A program made the position numbers and the translations under genes. This document shows positions 20,402 to 29,523 of a stretch of 64,000 bases of DNA, in pieces. Position 1 is the first letter of the stretch, and every line of letters begins with the position of its first letter. This stretch comes from Candidatus Velthaea sp. (GTDB lineage Bacteria; Vulcanimicrobiota; Vulcanimicrobiia; Vulcanimicrobiales; Vulcanimicrobiaceae), in contig CBDCCS010000016.1 of NCBI GenBank assembly GCA_965214935.1, positions 1 through 64,000 of the forward strand, read 5' to 3'. The notes under the pieces were generated by a model that searched no databases, was not told the origin of the DNA, and saw nothing but the letters and a program-made list of their open reading frames with translations.

Positions 20402-20494
20402 ACCCGATGCATCGACACGAGACCGTCCGCCCGAAACGACTGAGGTCACTAGTCAAGCACTGCCTTCGGCATATGTCAGCTGGGACGAACGTCC

Positions 20495-21358
20495 CTAGCG
20501 CCGGCCGAGCATCGTCGCGATGTTCGCAGCAGGATCGATGTGCGGCACGATATGCCCGCCGGCCGACGTCAGCAGCGACGTGACGCCCGGTCCGTGCCCC
20601 GCGATGAACGAACGGCCGTGCGCGACGATCCCGATGCTCATTGCACCGGTTCGATAGACGCGACCGTGGGTGTGGTCGGCATCAGCGATCGCAACGATGT
20701 CGCCGAAGCGCAAATCCGTCAACCCGTACTGCTCGATCATGTGCGGGTCGGCGCAGCCGATGTCGTAATCGCCGCGCGCAACCGTCGACCGGCCTAACCC
20801 CGAACCCATGATCGCGGCCGGCACGATCTTCGCGACCGGCACGTGCAGATCGGCATCCCGTTCCTCGATTTGAAGACGTTCGAGGAAGTCCGGATCGCAG
20901 TTGAAGATTGCAACGTCATCGGCGCGTGCAAATGCGAGGCCGACTCCGACGGCGCGAATGCCGATTTTATCGCCGAGCGTCATACGCTCCATTACGCGCT
21001 CGGGAAAGTCGACCATCACATGCTCGATACCGCCGTGTTTGCCGGTCACGACGCCGCTTTCGCCCTTGGCTTCACCGCTCAAGACGACCGCCGCGTTGCC
21101 GACGCACGCCAGCACGCAGAAGCCGACATTGACCCGGTCATCTTTGTGACGGACGCTGACCGCCGGCTCAATGTGATCGCCGACCGGGCGGAACGCGTTG
21201 TCGCCGACACGCACGTTGAGGCAGATCCCGCCGACGGAAGGCAAGATGCGCGCTCGGCCGTCGGACCCGACGTCGTAGAGCGACGCGGGAATCGAAGGCG
21301 GCGCGATCTCGCCCGCGATGTGCATGACGACGAGGTCCGCGCGATTGGTCGCAATCAT
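20495..21358 (-). CDS. DUF4438 family protein
   Basis: MIATN, GGI..NVRVGD, GDHIEPAVS, ACVGNAA, GKHGGIEH, MGSGLG, GDYD, AGHGPGVT. Confidence 0.8.
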   Translation of the reverse strand: MIATNRADLVVMHIAGEIAPPSIPASLYDVGSDGRARILPSVGGICLNVRVGDNAFRPVGDHIEPAVSVRHKDDRVNVGFCVLACVGNAAVVLSGEAKGESGVVTGKHGGIEHVMVDFPERVMERMTLGDKIGIRAVGVGLAFARADDVAIFNCDPDFLERLQIEERDADLHVPVAKIVPAAIMGSGLGRSTVARGDYDIGCADPHMIEQYGLTDLRFGDIVAIADADHTHGRVYRTGAMSIGIVAHGRSFIAGHGPGVTSLLTSAGGHIVPHIDPAANIATMLGRR

Positions 21359-21445
21359 CGTGCGCGCGTTCGGGACGATTACACCGAGCGCCCTGCGCGG
21401 CGGCAAGGATGCCATCCCGCCGGGCGCGGTGAATGCGATCAAGTC

Positions 21446-21832
21446 GTGCAGATCCGCAAACAGTTTCGCTTCGAGGCCGCGCACGTGCTGCCGTATCACA
21501 CCGGAAAATGCGCGCGATTGCACGGTCACTCGTATCGGCTGGACGTCACCCTTGAGGGGCCCTTGCAAAGCGAAGGTCCGGCGGCCGGTATGATCGTCGA
21601 TTTCGATTTGCTGTCACGCGTGGTAAAAAGCGGAGTCATCGGCGAACTCGATCATCGCTCGCTCAACGAACTCGTGCCGAATCCAACATCCGAAAACGTC
21701 ATCGTTTGGATCTGGCGCCGGCTTGCACCCGAGTTTCCGCAACTGGCCGAACTCGTGCTGTGGGAAACAGCGACGGCTTGTGCGCTGTTGCGCCGCGGCG
21801 ATCCGCTCGCGGCGCCGTCGGATCCGCATTAA
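21446..21832 (+). CDS. queD: 6-carboxy-5,6,7,8-tetrahydropterin synthase
   Basis: FEAAH, CARLHGHSY, DF, LDHRSLN, NPTSEN, WET; GTG at 21446. Confidence 0.95.
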   Translation: MQIRKQFRFEAAHVLPYHTGKCARLHGHSYRLDVTLEGPLQSEGPAAGMIVDFDLLSRVVKSGVIGELDHRSLNELVPNPTSENVIVWIWRRLAPEFPQLAELVLWETATACALLRRGDPLAAPSDPH

Positions 21833-21836
21833 GAGC

Positions 21837-22412
21837 ATGCTCGGACTTGCGGAAATCTTTTATAGCGTGCAAGGCGAGGGCGCCTGGACCGGCACACCCG
21901 CCGTTTTCGTGCGGCTTGCCGGCTGCAATCTTGCCTGCCGCTTCTGCGACACGGATTACGCGCTGCGTTTCATGGCATCGGTCGCTGACGTCGTCGCCCG
22001 CGTCGGCGAAATCGGCGGCGGATGCCCCATGGTGATCCTAACCGGCGGCGAGCCGCTGGCGCAGTCGCGAACACCGGATCTCATCGACGCCTTACGCGCC
22101 GACGGCCGCCGGGTGCATATCGAGTCGAATGGGACGATTCCGGTCGGGTTGTCAGCCGAAGTGTGGTTGACGGTCTCGCCCAAAGAGCGCTTGCATCCCC
22201 AAATGGCGGCACGCGCGAATGAAGCGAAGCTGATCGTCGACGGCCGGGTGCCCGAAGAATGGGTTGCGGCCTTTCCCGTTTCGACGCCGATCTGTTTGCA
22301 GCCCGAGGGCAACAAGGCCGCCAATGTCGAGCTTGCCGTTGAAGCAGCGAAACGCCGTCCCGACCGCTTTCGGCTGTCGCTCCAGACGCATAAATTCATC
22401 GGCGTTCGATGA
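21837..22412 (+). CDS. queE: 7-carboxy-7-deazaguanine synthase (radical SAM)
   Basis: EIFYSVQGEG, CNLACRFCDT, TGGEP, ESNG, SPK, LSLQTHK. Confidence 0.95.
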   Translation: MLGLAEIFYSVQGEGAWTGTPAVFVRLAGCNLACRFCDTDYALRFMASVADVVARVGEIGGGCPMVILTGGEPLAQSRTPDLIDALRADGRRVHIESNGTIPVGLSAEVWLTVSPKERLHPQMAARANEAKLIVDGRVPEEWVAAFPVSTPICLQPEGNKAANVELAVEAAKRRPDRFRLSLQTHKFIGVR

Positions 22413-23029
22413 TCTTGGTGATTTGCGCGGCGGCGGCCGAACTGCGCGGCTTCAGCCGTGAAGGCGTCGAGGTGGTTCCGGTCGGAGTCGGGCCGGTCGA
22501 AGCGGCCATCGGCACGTTTGCGGCCCTTGCCGGCGGAACGTACGGCTTGGTCGTCAATGCCGGTATCGGCGGCGGCTTCGACGGGCGTGCGGCCGTCGGC
22601 GATGCCGTTGCGGTGACCCGCGAGCGTTACGTCGAACTCGGCCGCGAAGATCGTGGCGACCTGCACTTGCCCGGCGGCCTGCGGCTCGCGGACGACGCTG
22701 ACTGCGACGCCGGCATCATTGCCCGACTGAGCGCTCGAACCGGCGCCCCCGGACCGATGTTGGGCAGCGGCATCACGTCGGCGACGATTACCACGAGCGC
22801 CGCCCGCGCGCAGGCGTTGGCGGACGCCTATGCGCCGTTCGTCGAGTCGATGGAAGGCTTCGCCGTCTTACGGGCGGCAGCACTCGCCGGGATCCGCGCG
22901 GTCGAGGTGCGCGGCATCTCCAATATCGTCGGCGAACGGGCGACGTCGGGCTGGGATTTTCGGGCCGGAGCGTCCGCAACGGTGCACGCGTTGAACGTAG
23001 TCCTCGACGTCGTCGAAACACGCGTATGA
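22409..23029 (+). CDS. mqnB: Futalosine hydrolase
   Basis: PNP/UDP fold: GVGPVEAA, NAGIGG, ESMEGFA, RGISN..GER..W; directly upstream of mqnD. Confidence 0.85.
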   Translation: MILVICAAAAELRGFSREGVEVVPVGVGPVEAAIGTFAALAGGTYGLVVNAGIGGGFDGRAAVGDAVAVTRERYVELGREDRGDLHLPGGLRLADDADCDAGIIARLSARTGAPGPMLGSGITSATITTSAARAQALADAYAPFVESMEGFAVLRAAALAGIRAVEVRGISNIVGERATSGWDFRAGASATVHALNVVLDVVETRV

Positions 23030-23859
23030 ACTACTCGCTCGCGTATTCGCCGTGTCCGAACGACACGTACATTTTTGCTGCATTGACCAACGGCTTACTG
23101 TCCGATGCTCCGCACGTCGACGTTATACTGGACGATGTCGAGGCGCTCAATCTCGCCGCTCGCAGCGGCCGCTACGAGCTGACGAAAGTCTCGTACGGCG
23201 CGATTCCGTATTTGCTCGATTCGTACCGCATTTTGCGCGCCGGCGGAGCGCTCGGACGCGGCTGCGGACCGCTCGTCGTCGCTCGTGAAGCGCGCGAACT
23301 TCGCAGCTTCGGCAGCGCTGCGATCTTCGCCATTCCGGGCAAACTGACGACGGCGTATCTTTTGCTCCGGCTGGCACTCGGGCACGAACCGCACGTCCGC
23401 GAGATGCGCTTTGACGCCATCGTCGATGCTGTTGCCAGCGGAGACGTCGATGCCGGCCTGATCATTCATGAGTCGCGCTTCACCTATGGCCGGGCCGGCT
23501 TGCACAGCGTAATCGACCTCGGCGATTGGTGGGAGACGACGACGGGCAACCCGATACCGCTGGGAGCAATTCTGGTCCGGCGCGATATCGATTCGGCCGC
23601 CGGACGCGTTCTCAACGGCGCGATCCGCCGCAGTTTGCAATTCGCCCGCGAACGCGAAAGCGAGATTATCGACTACGTTCGAGCGCACGCCTTTGAGATG
23701 GACGACGACGTCATGCGCGCGCACATCGCGCTGTACGTGAATGACTTTAGCGACGATGTCGGCGCGTACGGTATCGCCGCGGTCACCGATTTACTTGCGC
23801 GCGCCGCCGAACAGCGGCTGATTCCGCCGGCAGCGACGCCCGAATTCATCGAAGGCTAG
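23026..23859 (+). CDS. mqnD: 1,4-dihydroxy-6-naphthoate synthase
   Basis: YSPCPNDT, DVEALN, GALGRGCGP, IHESRFTY, PIPLG, HIALYVN. Confidence 0.95.
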   Translation: MNYSLAYSPCPNDTYIFAALTNGLLSDAPHVDVILDDVEALNLAARSGRYELTKVSYGAIPYLLDSYRILRAGGALGRGCGPLVVAREARELRSFGSAAIFAIPGKLTTAYLLLRLALGHEPHVREMRFDAIVDAVASGDVDAGLIIHESRFTYGRAGLHSVIDLGDWWETTTGNPIPLGAILVRRDIDSAAGRVLNGAIRRSLQFARERESEIIDYVRAHAFEMDDDVMRAHIALYVNDFSDDVGAYGIAAVTDLLARAAEQRLIPPAATPEFIEG

Positions 23860-24517
23860 CGAACGCAAAGCGATTGCCGCCGCCGGCTTTCGCTGCGTAC
23901 ATCGCGGTATCGGCTGCGGCAATGAGATCGGCGGGTTCGCCGCTGCCGGCACTCGATACCGTCATGCCGACGCTGGCCGCTAAGCTAACTGCCGTGCCGC
24001 AGACATCGATCGGTTCGGCGATCGCCGTTAACACACGCGCGGCAATTTGAGCCGCCTCGCATTGCCCGCCGGCGGTGTAACAGACCAGCACGAATTCATC
24101 GCCGCCTAAGCGGCTCGCCGTGTCGGCGCTACGGATGCAGCGCACGAGCCGCAAAGCAACTTCGCTCAAAACCCGATCGCCGGCGGCATGGCCGAGCGTA
24201 TCGTTGATTTCTTTGAAGCAGTCGAGATCGAGATACGTAACGGTGATCTCGGTGCCGGCCCGCCTGGCGAATGCTAAGGCTTGGGTTAACCGATCCGCGA
24301 GCAATAGCCGGTTGGGCAAGCCGGTCAAGGCATCGTGATGCGCAAGGTAAGCATAGCGTTCCGCGACGGCGTCACGCTCGGCCATCGCTCGTTGCAAACC
24401 GGTATAGGCGATCCGCAACTCGGTCAACTCGCGCTGCAGCGATGCAACCGCAGCGGCGTCGGCGGGGCGATCGACGTCGGCGCCGGGCGGCGACATGAAC
24501 GGGGCGATGAGCGTCAT
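23846..24517 (-). CDS. Diguanylate cyclase (coiled coil + GGDEF)
   Basis: HDALTGLPNR, DLDCFKEIND, GHAAGD, RSAD I-site, RLGGDEF, ADTAMY. Confidence 0.93.
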   Translation of the reverse strand: MTLIAPFMSPPGADVDRPADAAAVASLQRELTELRIAYTGLQRAMAERDAVAERYAYLAHHDALTGLPNRLLLADRLTQALAFARRAGTEITVTYLDLDCFKEINDTLGHAAGDRVLSEVALRLVRCIRSADTASRLGGDEFVLVCYTAGGQCEAAQIAARVLTAIAEPIDVCGTAVSLAASVGMTVSSAGSGEPADLIAAADTAMYAAKAGGGNRFAFASLR

Positions 24518-24538
24518 GCCAGCTTAGCCGAGCGAGTT

Positions 24539-24672
24539 AAAAACAAAACCGGCCTCCTTCGGAAACAAGCAGGTCGTGTGGCGGGTGCCGATGCTTGCAG
24601 TCGTCATCGGCAACCAGCCGGTAAAGCTGTAGAGGGGACGCCGGAGTGTGCGTCCCGTCGCTGTTTGCCCAG
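24539..24672 (-). promoter_or_regulatory. Structured 5' leader of the GGDEF gene: GEMM-like candidate riboswitch plus intrinsic terminator
   Basis: Minus strand GGGCAAAC..GGGACGC..GGUUGCCGA in GEMM order, three perfect hairpins, then an imperfect hairpin with GUUUUGUUUUU ~20 nt before the ATG. Confidence 0.4.
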
Positions 24673-24781
24673 CACCAGCCGCCGGCCTCGCGCGGCCAGG
24701 CAACGCGAAGATGCGCGGCTCAACCGGCGGCTGCAGCTTGCTCGGTGACAAACGGCCCGAGCGCGGCGTTGGCCAAAGCAT

Positions 24782-26011
24782 ATGCGTTTGCTCGTGCGCT
24801 GCATAGCGTCGATCGTTTTGGTATTCGCAGCAACGCTCGGCGTCCCGCGCGGCGCGCTGGGCACGCCGGTCGCCGCCGTCACCCTGGGTGACGATGTTTT
24901 TCTGGCACGCGATTGGCAACAACTCGGCGGCCGCTGCATCGGTATCGTCACCAACGCGAGCGGCGTTACATCCAGCGGCGAAAACTTTGTCGATGCCGTT
25001 CGCCGGCACGGGCATATTTGCGTACGGGCGCTGTTCGCGCCGGAACACGGCTTACGCGGTGACCGGCCGGCCGGTTCGTACGTCGCGTCGTACACCGATA
25101 CGAAAACCGGCTTACCGGTTTATAGTCTATACGGCGCCACGCGTCACCCGTCCGCGACCATGCTCGACGGTGTCGACGTTCTGGTGTTCGACATTCAAGA
25201 TGTCGGCGCACGGCCGTATACCTACGTTTCGACGATGGCGTACGTCATGCAAACGGCAGCGAAGCTGGGCAAAGAAATTTGGATTCTCGACCGCCCGAAT
25301 CCGATCGGCGGAACGCTCGTCGAAGGCCCCGTGCTCGATCCGAAATTTTCGTCGTTCGTCGGTCTGTATCCGATTCCCGAACGTCACGGCATGACGGTCG
25401 GCGAACTCGCGCGCTTGTTCAATACGGAGTTCGGCATCGATGCGAAACTCAAAGTCGTTGCCATGGCCGGCTGGCGGCGGGACATGATTTGGCCGGAGAC
25501 GGGTTTGGCCTGGACTGCGACATCGCCCAATATCCCGTTTGCGAAAACGACATTGGTCTATTTAGCGACCGGCTTGATCGACGAAGCCGGAATCAACAAC
25601 GGCGTGGGCAGCGACAAGCCGTTCGAGCGCGCCGGTGTTTTCGGCATGAACGCGCAGGCGTATGCCGCTGCACTCAATGCACGCCGGATTCCCGGCGTCC
25701 ACTTTGCGCCGACAAACTGGTTGCCGCAAGCCGGCTTTTGGAAAGGCCGCACCCTCAGCGGCGTTGAGATCGACATCGACGATCCGCACGCATTTCCGAG
25801 CGTGCGCACCGCCGTCGAACTGCTTTGCGCGGCGCGTGACCTCGGAACCTACGTGCACGTTCACACCGTGCGCACGATGGATATCGATTGGGGAACCGAC
25901 ACGGTGCGCAAAGAGCTTCTGGCCGGAGCGGGCCCGGACGCGATCGTCGCAAGTTGGCAATCAAAGATACCGGCGTTCCTTGCGCTGCGCGATAAATATT
26001 TACTGTATTGA
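24782..26011 (+). CDS. namZ: Exo-beta-N-acetylmuramidase NamZ (DUF1343/GH171)
   Basis: Signal peptide; TN.SG, FAPEHG, SLYG, FDIQDVG, LDRPNP, RHGMTVGE, SPNIP, KYLLY. Confidence 0.9.
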   Translation: MRLLVRCIASIVLVFAATLGVPRGALGTPVAAVTLGDDVFLARDWQQLGGRCIGIVTNASGVTSSGENFVDAVRRHGHICVRALFAPEHGLRGDRPAGSYVASYTDTKTGLPVYSLYGATRHPSATMLDGVDVLVFDIQDVGARPYTYVSTMAYVMQTAAKLGKEIWILDRPNPIGGTLVEGPVLDPKFSSFVGLYPIPERHGMTVGELARLFNTEFGIDAKLKVVAMAGWRRDMIWPETGLAWTATSPNIPFAKTTLVYLATGLIDEAGINNGVGSDKPFERAGVFGMNAQAYAAALNARRIPGVHFAPTNWLPQAGFWKGRTLSGVEIDIDDPHAFPSVRTAVELLCAARDLGTYVHVHTVRTMDIDWGTDTVRKELLAGAGPDAIVASWQSKIPAFLALRDKYLLY

Positions 26012-27120
26012 TTGCACGCTGGGCGGCCGGCCGGCAATTTTTCGGTGGCGATGTCGCGGCAGTTATTGCAACCGTCTTGCGAACGCCGACGCGCTTGTAT
26101 CGCTTAGTGCGGCTAGGTCCGCGCGGCTTGCGCTCAATGTTTCGTTTTCTGGTCCATGTGGTGCCGCAAGCGTCGCGTGCCCTCGCCGCGATCCGCACGA
26201 TCGCGAGTCGCATTCCCGATCCCGCGCTACGCACGCAAGCGCTCGCAGCGATCGATAGTAAAGCGTATCACGTGCAGGGCGGATGCATTCTGGCAACGTT
26301 CCTCGAGCCGGCCGCAATGCAACGTTATGTAAAACTCGTTGCGCCGCTTGAAACGATTTACGATTATCTCGATAACCTTTGCGATCGGCTCCCGAACGTT
26401 CCGGCATCCGCCTATCGCGCATTGCACGAGGCGCTACTCGACGCCCTCGACGACCGGCGGCCGCTGCGCGCGGCATATTATCGCAACGGTCCGCCCGGCG
26501 ATGATGGCGGCTATCTCGCCGGCTTGGTCGCGCAGGTGCGCGCAGACTTGCAACACGTGCCGCACTACGCGCTCGTACGCGATCGGCTGGTGGAACTAGC
26601 CACCTTCTATACCGACCTTCAAACGCTCAAACACGGCGAAGCGTTTTGCCGCGAGGCGGATTGCAGCGCGTGGTACGAGCGGAATCGCGTACGTTTTCCG
26701 GGCCTCTACTGGTGGGAGTTTGCCGCCGCGTGCGGTTCGTCGCTGCCCGTGTTTGCGCTGCTCTTCATCGGATTCCAGCCGGTCTCGAAAGCGCATGCTG
26801 CCGAGCTGTGCGCGGCCTACTTTCCGTCTGTTTCCGCGGTTCATATCTTGCTCGATTATTACATCGACCAAGCCGAAGACCGCGTGCACGGCGAACTCAA
26901 TTTCGTTGCCTGTTACGCGACACGCGCAGAAGCGCTCGGACGGTTCCGGCGCTTGATCGCGCTATCTGCCCGGCAGGTTGAAACCTTACCCGACGGACCG
27001 CACCATCGCTTCGTGCTGCACGCGATGTGCCTGTTCTACTTGACGCACCCCAAGGTGTTCGCGCAAAACCTTGCCGCCGAGAGTTCGACGCTGCTTGCCG
27101 CGCTCGATGTACCGACGTAG
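26008..27120 (+). CDS. Tetraprenyl-beta-curcumene synthase-like class IB terpene synthase (YtpB/DUF2600)
   Basis: IPDPALRTQAL..K.YHVQGG, YDYLDNLCDR, YTDLQTLKH, WWEFAAACGSSL, HILLDYYIDQAED..GELNF. Confidence 0.88.
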   Translation: MIARWAAGRQFFGGDVAAVIATVLRTPTRLYRLVRLGPRGLRSMFRFLVHVVPQASRALAAIRTIASRIPDPALRTQALAAIDSKAYHVQGGCILATFLEPAAMQRYVKLVAPLETIYDYLDNLCDRLPNVPASAYRALHEALLDALDDRRPLRAAYYRNGPPGDDGGYLAGLVAQVRADLQHVPHYALVRDRLVELATFYTDLQTLKHGEAFCREADCSAWYERNRVRFPGLYWWEFAAACGSSLPVFALLFIGFQPVSKAHAAELCAAYFPSVSAVHILLDYYIDQAEDRVHGELNFVACYATRAEALGRFRRLIALSARQVETLPDGPHHRFVLHAMCLFYLTHPKVFAQNLAAESSTLLAALDVPT

Positions 27121-27133
27121 AACGCGACCTGGG

Positions 27134-27442
27134 TCAGCGCGTGCTGTCCTTTTGCTTATGCCAATTGACATAGTCGATTAAAGCAAAACCGATGAAGAGA
27201 ACGTTAAGAATTAAGGCGCCGGTTCCGAGGATACCGTGCCACAGCGAGTGCTCGCTCAAGACGTAACCAAACGCGAATGCCAACAAGATAAGCAGCAGCG
27301 CTCGGGTCGAGAGGGTGAGAATCGGACGTTTTCCGGCGATCAAGAAACTGGCCGCAAAAGCGAAACAAAAAGCATACGCATTAATAAACGGTCCCTGCAT
27401 CATAACGATGATATCGGCTGCCTGCGCTCGCAAGTGAAGCAC
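27134..27442 (-). CDS. Small membrane protein (about 3 TM)
   Basis: Hydrophobic ORF directly after the ferritin-like gene; start may be ATG 27403. Confidence 0.55.
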   Translation of the reverse strand: MLHLRAQAADIIVMMQGPFINAYAFCFAFAASFLIAGKRPILTLSTRALLLILLAFAFGYVLSEHSLWHGILGTGALILNVLFIGFALIDYVNWHKQKDSTR

Positions 27443-27457
27443 CGGCCTCTACGGGCA

Positions 27458-28243
27458 TTAGACGGCGAATGTCAACCCGGCGGCAGCAAACCGCTGGTCG
27501 TAGTACGCTTTGACGTCGGTTTTGAGCGTCGCGGGCGTTAAGCTCATGGCGTCGAGTACGTCGGGAATTTCATCGATCGCCGATTGCACGTGATTCCACA
27601 TGATACCGTAGAAATCTTCAGCCGCGGCATGCTCGATTTCATCGCGTTCGTTCATGCGTTTGAGCATTCGTTCGCCGAAGCGCACGTGATGCCGCTCGTC
27701 TTCAAGCACGAAGTCCATGAACGCCGCGATCTCATCGGAATTCGAGCGCATTTCGCCGCAGCCGAGCTCGAGCAAACAGATTGCGAGACCTTCGACCACG
27801 ATGTTGTTGCCGATGACGCCGGCGGCATAGTCGCCGCGGCCGACGCGATCGGAGATCACGCGGCCGAAGGCTGCGAAACTCGGTGCAAGATAGCGGCCGA
27901 GCTCGGCGTCATCGAGCCCGAATTGCAGCAGCTTGTCGCGAAAGTGTCCGAGATGCCGGCGTTCTTCGCCGGCTTGCAGCAGCAGATAATCGTGCGCGGC
28001 GCGATTGGGCGCGAGCGACGCTAAGCCCGTCGAGGCCGCCAGCGAAATCTCTTCACCGGAAACAAAGTGGGCGAAGCAGCGAGTGAAGAGCGCACGCGAT
28101 GCCGGCATCAATTTAAACGGCGCCAGCGTCTTGACGAGATCGATGCCGGTGACGTCGTCGATCGAGAAGATGAATTTGAGCAAGCCCGGGTTTCTGAACG
28201 CGGGATCGATCAACAGCTTCGCGAGCCGATTTTTGAGCGCCAT
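27458..28243 (-). CDS. Ferritin-like di-iron protein (AurF/ADO/MiaE-like superfamily)
   Basis: AGAGAGG RBS before ATG 28243; ligand pattern GEE..EERRH..VEG..EDERHH. Confidence 0.85.
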   Translation of the reverse strand: MALKNRLAKLLIDPAFRNPGLLKFIFSIDDVTGIDLVKTLAPFKLMPASRALFTRCFAHFVSGEEISLAASTGLASLAPNRAAHDYLLLQAGEERRHLGHFRDKLLQFGLDDAELGRYLAPSFAAFGRVISDRVGRGDYAAGVIGNNIVVEGLAICLLELGCGEMRSNSDEIAAFMDFVLEDERHHVRFGERMLKRMNERDEIEHAAAEDFYGIMWNHVQSAIDEIPDVLDAMSLTPATLKTDVKAYYDQRFAAAGLTFAV

Positions 28244-28310
28244 GAGCCGGTAGCCTCTCTGCAGCGTCCCCAGTATCAAACGGCCGAGCCGCACGGGTCC
28301 GTGAGGGTCG

Positions 28311-29453
28311 TCACCAGGCGCAGGCGATGCCCCATAAAAACTCGGCAACGGATTTTTTGCGGAAAAACCCCTCGCTCGAAAGATGGTACGCCAGCTTCGG
28401 CCGGATCGCTCCACGCTTGGTAAGCGGATCGACCACAAACGGAAAGACGACGCGCATGCGACGCGAAGCGCGCGCATTGGCATCGAACCGGCCCAAAGCG
28501 CGGTGATAGTGACGGCGCGCTTTGCGCATGTCGCCGCTGCTTTGCAGCAAGGCAGCGGCTGCGGCGCGACCGGTTTGCATCGCCTGTGCGATACCTTCGG
28601 CCGAGAACGGATCGGCGACGCCGGCCGCATCGCCCAGTGCAAACACCGCACCGTGCGTTCGGCGTTTCCGGCCGGTTGGAATGATACCGCCGGAAAGCCG
28701 CTCGATCACCGGCTGATCGCCGAGGGCAGCACGGGCGAACGGGCTCTCGCGCAACCATGCGGCGAGCACCGTGCGCAAATCGTGCGCATGCGAGAACCGT
28801 TCGTCGACCAGAATGCCGACATTCGCATAACGCTTATCGAGCGGGAAAATCCACGCATAACCGGGGCAAACCGCCGGGTCGAAATGCAGTCCGAACGCCG
28901 GATCGAGTTCGCGTTCGCTGCGGATGTAACCGCGCAGGGCAACAAGCCGCGAGCGGTGCCGGCCGAATCCGAGCGCCGCTCCCAGTCCGCCGGTCGCACC
29001 TTCCGCTAAGAGCACGGCGTCGGCCTCGCTTCGCTCGAGCGGGCCGCCCGCAAGACGCGTCCGGACGGCCGCGCCGCGGCGCATAACGGCGACTTCGCGC
29101 ACGGTCGTGTTAGGTTCGAAGCGCGCTCCGGCGGCAATTGCCGCGCGCACGAGCCGATCGTCGAATTCACGCCGTTCGACGATCGCTCCCCACGGCGTCG
29201 CCGCCGGCCAGCCGCTGGTGATCGCCGAGCGGTTCGGGGCGCTCATCGTACCGAAGTTCAGCGGGTAGCGGTCGCCTAAGTCGACGCCCAGTTCACCCGC
29301 GATTCGTACGCCGTCGGGAGACAATCCGTCGCCGCAGGTTTTCGGGCGCGGCCAAACGCTGCGTTCGACCAGGCGCACATCGGCGCCGCCGCGCGCTAGT
29401 TCAACGGCGGCGGCGCCACCCGACGGTCCGGCACCTACAACCACGACTCGCAT
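28311..29453 (-). CDS. Geranylgeranyl reductase-family flavoprotein
   Basis: VVGAGPSG, PRPKTCGDGL, GYAWIFP, ANVG, GDAAGVADPFSAEGI. Confidence 0.9.
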   Translation of the reverse strand: MRVVVVGAGPSGGAAAVELARGGADVRLVERSVWPRPKTCGDGLSPDGVRIAGELGVDLGDRYPLNFGTMSAPNRSAITSGWPAATPWGAIVERREFDDRLVRAAIAAGARFEPNTTVREVAVMRRGAAVRTRLAGGPLERSEADAVLLAEGATGGLGAALGFGRHRSRLVALRGYIRSERELDPAFGLHFDPAVCPGYAWIFPLDKRYANVGILVDERFSHAHDLRTVLAAWLRESPFARAALGDQPVIERLSGGIIPTGRKRRTHGAVFALGDAAGVADPFSAEGIAQAMQTGRAAAAALLQSSGDMRKARRHYHRALGRFDANARASRRMRVVFPFVVDPLTKRGAIRPKLAYHLSSEGFFRKKSVAEFLWGIACAW

Positions 29454-29523
29454 CGGCCGAAGCGTTCGGGATGAACGTCAATTTTCCGCGAGTTGCCGCA
29501 ACGCGGGCGAGGGCTGCCGCATC

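Noticed and set aside
21359..21445. preQ1 riboswitch upstream of queD
   Set aside because: No preQ1-like stem with an A-rich tail is visible in this GC-rich 87-bp gap.
20843..21568. 329-aa QueD fusion and 357-aa DUF4438 extension overlapping each other
   Set aside because: The extensions are antisense to the neighbouring gene; homology begins at 21446 and 21358.
24524..25048. 174-aa minus-strand ORF over the GGDEF leader
   Set aside because: Half of it is antisense to namZ and it has no protein-like features; RNA structure explains the region better.
28244..28651. N-terminal extension of the ferritin-like ORF
   Set aside because: It overlaps the GGR gene in another frame; a clear RBS lies at ATG 28243.
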